A stretch of 32,000 nucleotides of DNA from Candidatus Electronema halotolerans (GTDB taxonomy: Bacteria; Desulfobacterota; Desulfobulbia; Desulfobulbales; Desulfobulbaceae): assembly GCA_942493095.1 (NCBI GenBank), contig OW818675.1:2130001-2162000 (forward strand). Direction: 5' to 3'. The notes under the pieces were generated by a model. It searched no databases. It saw only the letters and a list, made by a program, of their open reading frames with translations, and was not told the origin of the DNA. Both the position numbers and the translations under genes were made by a program. The stretch's first letter is position 1; every line of letters begins with the position of its first letter. Shown in pieces: positions 26,031-32,000 of the stretch.

Positions 26031-28046
26031 ATGATGAGGAACACAATCAAGCTGTCAGTGACAGCGGCGGCAGTGCTGCTGGCCGGGCCAGGCATGGCTC
26101 AGGATCAGCAGGAAACAGTGCGCACGCTCGATGAGGTGGTGGTCACGGCGACCAAGACTGAGCGGGAGCTGAAAGAGATTCCCACCAATATGGCCGTGGT
26201 CACGGCAGAGGAGGTTGAGCGGATTCAGCCGACCGACGCGATGGACCTGCTCCGCCATGTGCCGGGTCTGGTGCTGGACGGCATGGGCGGCAGCAAAGCC
26301 TCGTTCTATGCGGGCGCGCGCGGCATTCAGCCCTCCTCACGCGGCATGCTGATCATGATGGACGGGATTGAAATGAATGATCCCAGCAACTACATCTCAG
26401 CGGACAGCCTGCCTTTGGACTCCATCGAGCGGATTGAGGTGATCAAGACCCCGGCCTCAGTGCTCTACGGCCCGGCAGCGGTCGGTGGGGTGATCAACAT
26501 TATCACCAAGAAGCCGGTCAACCCGCTGGAAGGCAGTGCCAGCGTCGGCTATGGCTCCTTTGACCGCAAAGAGGCGACAGCGACAGTCAGCGGCCTGCTG
26601 GAGAATGGCTTCACTTACGGCCTCAACTACCGGGGCTTGGACACGGACGGCTATCGGGACAACAACTGGCGGCAGCAGAATGCCTTCACCCCGCGCCTCG
26701 GCTATCTCTCCGACGCAGTCGAGTTTGATGTCTTTGCCAATATTGTTGACGGCGAATACGCCTTCCCCGGCGGCCTGCCCTTGGCCACCTACAAGGATGA
26801 CCCGACCAAGTCGCTCCAGCCGGACCGCGAAGGCAATTCCACCACTGCCAACATCGGCTCGACTCTGAACTGGACCTTGGATGCGAGCAACATCCTCAAG
26901 TTCAAGACCTCCTACCGCAACAACGACTGGGAGACTGAGGACTACGGCTTCTTCTTCAAGGGCGATGACTACAATGTCTGGACAGGCGAGGCCGCCTATC
27001 AGAACCTGTCCGTGATCAACGGGATGAAGAACTCGCTCCTGCTTGGCACCGAATACCGGAGCCTGAACAACTCGCCTTCCATGTACATGGACGACCAGCA
27101 CGGCTCCATGCTCCTGAGTCAGGCCGAGATTGAGGAGCAGATCGCTGGTTTCTTTATTCAGGATGAGCTGTCGCCGGTCAGCAACCTGATGCTCAACCTT
27201 GGCGTGCGCTATGATCAGATTGACACGGACTTCAGCAACAAGCTCAAGCAGGAGGCCAGCTTTGACAACTCGCACGACAAATGGAGTCCGCGTCTCGGCC
27301 TGACCTACACAGTCGCGCCGGAGCTGTCCTTGTTCGCCAACTACTCGCAGGGCATCCGCTCGGTCAATCTGGCCCGGCCCGCCTTCCAGCTCAAGGGCAA
27401 CGTAAACCCGGAGACTGAGGAGAGCATTGAGGGCGGCATCCGGGGTCTGCTCGGCGGGGTGCTGGAATACAACGCGGCCTTGTTCCAAGTCACGACTGAG
27501 GACAAGATCATCCAGAAAGACCGCTATCTCTATGAGAACGCGGGCGAAGCCGAGTCCAAAGGCTTTGAGCTGGCTCTGAGCCGCGACCTGCCCGGCGGCT
27601 GTTATGCCTCGGCAGACTACACGTACATCAATGCTGAGTTCACCGACTACACCACTTCATCCACCACGCCGGAAGAGGCGGTCTCCTACAACGGCAAGCG
27701 CGTGCCCTTGGTGCCGGAGAACATCTTCGGCCTGACCTTGGGCTGGAAGAATCCGGTCTATGGCCACCTGAGCGGTTCGCTTCGTTACGTTGACGAGAAG
27801 TACATTGACAACGCCAACACCCTGAGCTTGGATGACTATGTGGTCGTGGATGCCAAGTATGTTGTCGGTCTGGGCGCGCTCCTGCCCGGCGCGGAGCCGT
27901 GGCAGTTCAGTCTGGCAGTCAACAACCTCTTTGATGAGACCTATGCTGAGTACGGCGAGGCGGACGGCGGCCTGTACGTGCCGGGGCCGGTCGCTTTCCC
28001 GGCAGATGGCGTGTCGGTGTTCGGCAGCATCAGCTATAAGTTCTGA
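26031..28046 (+). CDS. TonB-dependent outer-membrane receptor
   Basis: Signal peptide, TonB-box-like LDEVVVTAT, plug motifs (IPTNMAVVTAEE, DLLRHVPGL, IERIEVIKTPASVLYG) and a beta-barrel ending in terminal ...SISYKF. Confidence 0.9.
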   Translation: MMRNTIKLSVTAAAVLLAGPGMAQDQQETVRTLDEVVVTATKTERELKEIPTNMAVVTAEEVERIQPTDAMDLLRHVPGLVLDGMGGSKASFYAGARGIQPSSRGMLIMMDGIEMNDPSNYISADSLPLDSIERIEVIKTPASVLYGPAAVGGVINIITKKPVNPLEGSASVGYGSFDRKEATATVSGLLENGFTYGLNYRGLDTDGYRDNNWRQQNAFTPRLGYLSDAVEFDVFANIVDGEYAFPGGLPLATYKDDPTKSLQPDREGNSTTANIGSTLNWTLDASNILKFKTSYRNNDWETEDYGFFFKGDDYNVWTGEAAYQNLSVINGMKNSLLLGTEYRSLNNSPSMYMDDQHGSMLLSQAEIEEQIAGFFIQDELSPVSNLMLNLGVRYDQIDTDFSNKLKQEASFDNSHDKWSPRLGLTYTVAPELSLFANYSQGIRSVNLARPAFQLKGNVNPETEESIEGGIRGLLGGVLEYNAALFQVTTEDKIIQKDRYLYENAGEAESKGFELALSRDLPGGCYASADYTYINAEFTDYTTSSTTPEEAVSYNGKRVPLVPENIFGLTLGWKNPVYGHLSGSLRYVDEKYIDNANTLSLDDYVVVDAKYVVGLGALLPGAEPWQFSLAVNNLFDETYAEYGEADGGLYVPGPVAFPADGVSVFGSISYKF

Positions 28047-28096
28047 GGCGGGGGCAGTGACAGGAACCTGTCGCTCTCAGAGATAGGAGGCATGAA

Positions 28097-28251
28097 CGGT
28101 TCGTACATGCAGACATGTACGAACCGCGCAAGGAGAGATGAACGGGCCGCACATGTCTCCTTGTGCTGCCCAGTACATGGAGACATGTGCTGGCAGGCTT
28201 TGTTTGGCACGAACAACCCTCTGCAGGGGCGAAAAATTTTTCGTCCCTACG
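28097..28251. repeat. cluster of long perfect hairpins
   Basis: CGGTTCGTACATG-caga-CATGTACGAACCG (28097-28126, 13-bp stem). GCACATGTCTCC...GGAGACATGTGC (28149-28190, 12-bp stem). AGGGGCGAAAAATTTTTCGTCCCT (28225-28248, 12-bp palindrome with one G-T). Confidence 0.7.
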
Positions 28252-28274
28252 CCTGCCGCGCTGCTTGCACTCCA

Positions 28275-28412
28275 GTGTGACGAACGGTTGCACCAGAGTG
28301 CAACGGAAACTTCCACTCTCGTGCAACGCATCATAGTACTCTCGTGCGACGGTGGATACTTCGAGAGTGCAACGGCAGATACTTCTCTCGTGCAAGTTGC
28401 GGTTCCACTCCA
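28275..28412. repeat. six degenerate 23-nt tandem direct repeats
   Basis: GTGCAAC-like heads occur at 28275 (GTGTGAC), 28298, 28321, 28344 (GTGCGAC), 28367 and 28390 (GTGCAAG), spaced exactly 23 nt. Consensus is about GTGCAACGG-N7-ACTTC/CTCTC. Confidence 0.7.
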
Positions 28413-28471
28413 GTGGAAGCAGCGGGCGCACTATCCACGCCATCCTGTCCTTTCGGTCGCAGGGAGAAATC

Positions 28472-29665
28472 TCAGAGCCGGGACGAAGGAGATTCCTCCC
28501 GTTGGTCGGAATGACGGAGATATTTGTGGGCGTAGGCATAAATAAGCGCGTGACTCCACGGCCAGTATTTGTCCTGTCTCTCCAGTAGACCGTAATTAAC
28601 CAACTCATGCAACGCCTTGCGTGCCCTGTATTCATCGCCATCAAGATGAGCAGTTACCCGCTCATAGGTCAACCACGCACCTCCTCCCCACATAAAAGTA
28701 CCCCAATCGGCTTCACCCCATTTCACCGGCGTTCCCATCAATCCCAGCGCAAGTCGGGCATCATCACTGACCTGCCCTATGCTGCGCCGCAGAAGCAGGA
28801 CGGCATTCTCCTCCTCGTCCTCACCCAGCTCCTTGAACGGCTCCTGCTCCAGCCAGCGCAAGTAGTCTGCCGTATCTTCGCACATATTTCTGATATAGCA
28901 ACCGGCAATCCGCAGACCAACCGGCCAGCCGCCCAGTATCTTGCAGATGCCCTGTACGCTCTCGTCATCCGCCGCCGCACCGCTGTGCAGCCGGAAAACC
29001 TCTGCCGCAAACTGCTCCTCCAGCGGCCTGACCTGGAGCAGCTCGCCCCGCGCATCCGACCGCTTCCGGCTGGTGATCAGCACCCCGCAGCCGCCGCGCA
29101 CTTTGAGCAGAGCAGACAGGTCATCAGCCTCCTCTGCCCCGTCCAAAATCAGCAGCACCTGCTTGCCAGCCAGCAGACGGCGGGCCGCGTCCGGGCTGAC
29201 ATCCTGCTGCTGCTCGTCATAGCTGCGCACGACATGGGCAAGGGCCTCTTCAGCAGTATGCTTGCCATAAAAGGAGTAGAAGATGATGCCGTCCGGGAAG
29301 CGGTCAGGGGCTTCCTTGCCGGATGCCAGCGTCCAGACGGCCTGCGCTGCCAGAGCGGTCTTGCCCATGCCGCCCGGCCCGCAGAGCGTGACTGCCTTGC
29401 CCGGCTGGAGCAACGGCAGCAGCTCCTCCAGCACCGCATCCCTGCCCCGGAAGTGCTCGGCCAAAGGAGGCCGTTGCAGGGGAATGCCTTGGGCGGTGCG
29501 CGGGTAATGGTGGTGATGCTTTTCATAGCGGACATTGCCGGTTTGACTGAAGACGTTGCCGTTGCCCGTTACATGCTGTGTGTTGTTCTCCTGCTTGCCA
29601 ATGGCATTGTCTCCCTGAGCACTGTTCTGCTCGCCGCTGCCGGTGTTGGTGAAGGTGTCGCCCAT
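28472..29665 (-). CDS. NB-ARC / STAND P-loop NTPase
   Basis: Walker A GPGGMGKT, Walker B VLLILDGAEE, sensor-like ITSR and a GLPL-like GGWPVGL motif. The N-terminus is a Gly/Asn/Gln-rich tail with HHHH. The start at 29665 has GGAGGA upstream. The last about 30 codons read into a hairpin repeat. Confidence 0.75.
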   Translation of the reverse strand: MGDTFTNTGSGEQNSAQGDNAIGKQENNTQHVTGNGNVFSQTGNVRYEKHHHHYPRTAQGIPLQRPPLAEHFRGRDAVLEELLPLLQPGKAVTLCGPGGMGKTALAAQAVWTLASGKEAPDRFPDGIIFYSFYGKHTAEEALAHVVRSYDEQQQDVSPDAARRLLAGKQVLLILDGAEEADDLSALLKVRGGCGVLITSRKRSDARGELLQVRPLEEQFAAEVFRLHSGAAADDESVQGICKILGGWPVGLRIAGCYIRNMCEDTADYLRWLEQEPFKELGEDEEENAVLLLRRSIGQVSDDARLALGLMGTPVKWGEADWGTFMWGGGAWLTYERVTAHLDGDEYRARKALHELVNYGLLERQDKYWPWSHALIYAYAHKYLRHSDQREESPSSRL

Positions 29666-29775
29666 GTCTCCTCCATCAGGTTGAATGTGTTCAGCAATGC
29701 TCCCCAGCATACCCGAAGAGCAGCAGCTTGCGCACTGGAAATCTGCCGCCGGGCAAGGCAGGCGATATGCCCGGC

Positions 29776-29824
29776 AAAATGAGACCTCCGCCCTATTGTC
29801 CGGGCAGCATCATTCTGCTATGCT
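29776..29824 (+). promoter_or_regulatory. copy C of shared operator/promoter motif
   Basis: AAAATGAG-ACCTCCGC-CCTATTGTCC-N17-TATGCT, preceded by the hairpin CCGGGCA...TGCCCGG (29749-29774). Confidence 0.45.
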
Positions 29825-29952
29825 TGCTTGAATTGGTAAATCCAGCGGTCCCCCACGGCACTGCCGCCGCTGGCCAATAAAACAGCTTACCCCGGCGGTC
29901 TGCAATTCCGCAGGCCGCTGCCTTTAAAACCTTTCAACACAAGGTGATTGAA

Positions 29953-30150
29953 ATGGCTGTACACGCAGAAGTTCTCAAGCCCGAAGCATCCTACAACGCT
30001 GCTCCTGATGCCTGCTGCCACGGCGGCGCTTATCAGGCTGCCCCCTGCGCCTGCTGTCATGGCGGCGCATACCAAGCTGCTCCTGATGCCTGCTGTCATG
30101 GCGGTGCCTATCAGGCTGCTCCGGCTGCCTGCTGCCACGGCGGCGAGTAA
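29953..30150 (+). CDS. RiPP precursor peptide with four tandem ACCHGG cassettes
   Basis: AAGGTG lies 6 nt upstream of the ATG. Sequence: MAVHAEVLKPEASYNA-(APDACCHGGAYQA)(APCACCHGGAYQA)(APDACCHGGAYQA)(APAACCHGGE). The cassettes differ mostly by synonymous codons. It sits directly upstream of the E1-like and YcaO genes. Confidence 0.75.
   Translation: MAVHAEVLKPEASYNAAPDACCHGGAYQAAPCACCHGGAYQAAPDACCHGGAYQAAPAACCHGGE
30001..30147 (+). repeat. 3.75 x 39-nt in-frame tandem repeat (coding cassettes)
   Basis: gctcctgatgcctgctgccacggcggcgcttatcaggct, gccccctgcgcctgctgtcatggcggcgcataccaagct, gctcctgatgcctgctgtcatggcggtgcctatcaggct, gctccggctgcctgctgccacggcggcgag. Confidence 0.9.
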
Positions 30151-30152
30151 TC

Positions 30153-30207
30153 GTTTCAGGTTGACCTGAAACAAGAAACGGGAGCCTGCCTGGAGCAGGT
30201 TCCCGTT
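30153..30207 (+). promoter_or_regulatory. two stable stem-loops immediately after the precursor stop (possible processing or attenuation site)
   Basis: GTTTCAGG-ttga-CCTGAAAC (30153-30172, 8 bp). AACGGGAGCCTGC-ctgga-GCAGGTTCCCGTT (30177-30207, 13 bp with one G-T). No U-tract follows. Confidence 0.45.
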
Positions 30208-30228
30208 GCCAAAAAGAGGTGCGCAAAG

Positions 30229-30315
30229 ATGCTGGCTGGCAGCAGAAGTTCTCAAGCCCGAGTCTTTGGCTGTACCGCATCCTGCGCCTGCCACCTCTGC
30301 CCCCGCAGAGAATGA
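30229..30315 (+). CDS. possible second short Cys/His-rich precursor (28 aa) or decayed paralogue of the first
   Basis: AGAGGTG lies 7 nt upstream of the ATG. Sequence MLAGSRSSQARVFGCTASCACHLCPRRE. Nucleotide homology to the first precursor covers ATG..GCAGAAGTTCTCAAGCCCGA and GCATCCTGCGCCTGCCAC, but the leader part is shifted by 1 nt. Confidence 0.35.
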   Translation: MLAGSRSSQARVFGCTASCACHLCPRRE

Positions 30316-30376
30316 CAGGAGGCCATCTGACGATGGCCTGCACCTCTCCCCTCAGCATACTCCCCCCGAACTCATT

Positions 30377-31279
30377 ATGCAAAGCACTTTTTTGCAGCTG
30401 CGCCGCTGCCGCCGGATACCGGTGCAGGAAAATAAAGTCCTGCTCAAGTCGGCGGACAAGTCGCTGGCTCTTGCTGCGGACAATATTCATAACCTGCTGG
30501 ACAGCCTGCTGCCTCTGCTGAACGGAACCTCCACGGAAAAAGAAGTGCTGGCCGCTCTGGTGCCGGAACTGAAGGAGGATGCGGCAGAGGTGCTCCGGCT
30601 CTTGGGCAAGGAAGGCTTCTTGGAGACTGGCGCGGAACCGGCCAAGCAGCTGGCTCAGTCCCTGATTATCCTGATCAGCACTGGGCGGCTGGGTGAGACC
30701 ATGTCCCGGCATCTGCGTCAATCCGGTGCGGAGCAGGTCGAGGAGATCGATGCCGAGAGCGCGGCGGGCGGGCACCTGCCTGACTCGCTGCAACAGGCAG
30801 CTATGGTTGTAGTCTGCACCGACCTGCCAAGGCCCGACCTCTGCGAGGCAGTCAACAAGGCGGCCTTGACCCTCAAGCTGCCGTGGCTGCTGGTTCAGGC
30901 TGACGGCAGAGACGGCTGGGTTGGGCCGCTGTTCATTCCCGGCGAGACCGGCTGCTACGACTGCCTGCGCCAACGACTGCTCTCCTGTTCAGTCAGCCCG
31001 GAGATCGACCAAGCCATCCATGCTGCCGCCCTGCGCCAGCCCTTCACGGAGAGTCTGGAACTGCTGCCGCCCTTCCTTGACCTGCTGGCAGCAATGGCTG
31101 CGCTCGAAGCCATCCGCCACCTGAGCGCAGTCAGCCCGCCGCTCACTTACAAGACCCAGATTCTGCTTGACTGCATCAGCGGCATTTCCCGCCGCGATGT
31201 GCTGCATCGGATTCCCCGTTGCCCAAGCTGCTCAACCAGCAGCGAGCAGGTCTCCCCAATCCAGCCTTTCAGCGGGTGA
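30377..31279 (+). CDS. E1-like (ThiF/Ocin-ThiF-like) cyclodehydratase partner with N-terminal RRE-like leader-binding region
   Basis: The N-terminus (VQENKVLLKS...LLDSLLPLLNGTSTEKEVLAAL) resembles a PqqD-like RRE. A central degenerate Rossmann-like segment is present, plus PGETGCYDCL and RCPSC Cys pairs typical of E1-like TOMM 'C' proteins. The frame stays open back to TTG 30206. Confidence 0.7.
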   Translation: MQSTFLQLRRCRRIPVQENKVLLKSADKSLALAADNIHNLLDSLLPLLNGTSTEKEVLAALVPELKEDAAEVLRLLGKEGFLETGAEPAKQLAQSLIILISTGRLGETMSRHLRQSGAEQVEEIDAESAAGGHLPDSLQQAAMVVVCTDLPRPDLCEAVNKAALTLKLPWLLVQADGRDGWVGPLFIPGETGCYDCLRQRLLSCSVSPEIDQAIHAAALRQPFTESLELLPPFLDLLAAMAALEAIRHLSAVSPPLTYKTQILLDCISGISRRDVLHRIPRCPSCSTSSEQVSPIQPFSG

Positions 31280-31284
31280 CTGCC

Positions 31285-32000
31285 ATGATGAGCGATTTGC
31301 AGATTGCCCCGTGGCAGCGCGGGCAGGAAACGATCTTGGATGCGTTTGTCAGCTCCCGCTTGGGGCCGGTGAAGAAGCTGCAGGAGCTGACCCGCGAGCC
31401 GGACGCGCCGGATATCTTCAGCTATGTGTCCGAGGTCTGCGACCGGACTCAGTTCCATTTTCAGCAGGGCGGCAAGGTCAGCACCGGCATTGGCATCACC
31501 CGCTTTCATGCCCGCACTGCCGCCATCGGTGAATGCTTGGAACGCTACGCGGCCAGCATGTATGACCGGGACAAGGATGTCATCCTCGCCACCTGGAAGG
31601 AAATGATTGGGCAGGGGTTGCGGACTGCCCACCCGGAGGACTTCGGCCTTTACTCGGAAGCCCAGTATCAACGGCATACGTATCTCAACCGCTTCACTGA
31701 GAACACCCGCATTGGCTGGGCCAAGGCCGTCTGCCTGACTGACAGCAATGCGGAGGTCTGGCTGCCTGCCGCCTTCGTCTTTCTGCCCTATCAGTACATG
31801 GCAGGCGAGACCCAAATCTCTTCGCAAATCTCCACTGGCCTGTCCGCCGCATTTGACTTGGACACGGCTGTCATGGGCGGCATCTGTGAGATTGTGGAGC
31901 GGGAAGCGGTGATGCTGACCTGGCTCCACCGCCTGCCCTGCCCAGAGCTGCGCTTCAGCCCGGACTGCTGGTTCAGCGAAGTGTTCCAGCAACGCTTTGC
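31285..32000 (+). CDS. YcaO-domain cyclodehydratase (N-terminal 238 aa; continues beyond the window)
   Basis: My translation gives MMSDLQIAPWQRG...GGKVSTGIGITRFHARTAAIGECLERYAAS...SSQISTGLSAAFDLDTAVMGGICEIVEREAVMLTW. This matches the YcaO signature blocks (G-x-G..A...A.GE.lERY and S.GlA......A...g..E..ERDa). It is absent from the ORF track because it is open at the window end. Confidence 0.8.
   Translation, partial: MMSDLQIAPWQRGQETILDAFVSSRLGPVKKLQELTREPDAPDIFSYVSEVCDRTQFHFQQGGKVSTGIGITRFHARTAAIGECLERYAASMYDRDKDVILATWKEMIGQGLRTAHPEDFGLYSEAQYQRHTYLNRFTENTRIGWAKAVCLTDSNAEVWLPAAFVFLPYQYMAGETQISSQISTGLSAAFDLDTAVMGGICEIVEREAVMLTWLHRLPCPELRFSPDCWFSEVFQQRF

Noticed and set aside
28275-28412. CRISPR array interpretation of the 23-nt periodic repeats
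   Set aside because: The units abut each other with no unique spacers, the repeats are degenerate, and no cas genes are nearby. This is a tandem direct-repeat array, not repeat-spacer architecture.
28030-28644. ORFs inside the hairpin field (28030-28644 -, 28138-28545 +, 28077-28334 -, and others)
   Set aside because: They are read-throughs of palindromes, so the same DNA gives open frames on both strands. There are no motifs and no SD, and they overlap one another.
30206-30376. Start of the E1-like gene at TTG 30206 (357-aa version)
   Set aside because: The extra 57 residues are Pro/Ala-rich. They overlap the SD/ATG-supported 28-aa ORF in another frame and contain only the displaced leader fragment AEVLKPE. 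ATG 30377 gives an N-terminus typical of RRE domains. I kept it as an open question in the findings rather than as the annotated start.

Overview
GC-rich (about 55-60% by eye) chromosomal window from a Gram-negative bacterium. The gene content suggests a Desulfobacterota-like organism, but that is inference only. About two thirds is housekeeping or ordinary accessory genes. On the minus strand: FAD oxidoreductase, ACP, HDAC-like amidohydrolase, an ATP-grasp/DmpA fusion, KAS, alaS, isochorismatase-family hydrolase, queH, a SEC-C protein, a lipoprotein and a methyltransferase. On the plus strand: Na/Pi cotransporter, a CXXCH protein, folC, an HNH nuclease, a SleB-like hydrolase, minC and thrC. 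Two regions stand out. (1) 23.1-32.0 kb holds a Nik/Dpp-type ABC importer split into two transcription units, a TonB-dependent receptor, a 0.4-kb field of hairpins and 23-nt tandem repeats, a divergent NB-ARC/STAND ATPase, and a RiPP-type locus. The RiPP locus has a 65-aa precursor with four tandem ACCHGG(AYQA) cassettes, a second short Cys/His peptide ORF, an E1-like/RRE partner protein and a YcaO cyclodehydratase that runs off the window. The same about 49-nt promoter/operator-like motif (AATGAG-N8-CTCATT overlapping TTGTCC-N17-(-10)) precedes both transporter units and the precursor gene. I read this as one co-regulated system that makes and takes up a thiazol(in)e/His-rich peptide, possibly a metallophore. 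(2) 13.2-15.9 kb is a sharply AT-rich island with two overlapping ORFs of unknown function (370 and 492 aa). It is flanked by a 14/15-nt inverted repeat and is a candidate horizontally acquired two-gene module. No rRNA, tRNA or CRISPR array was recognised.
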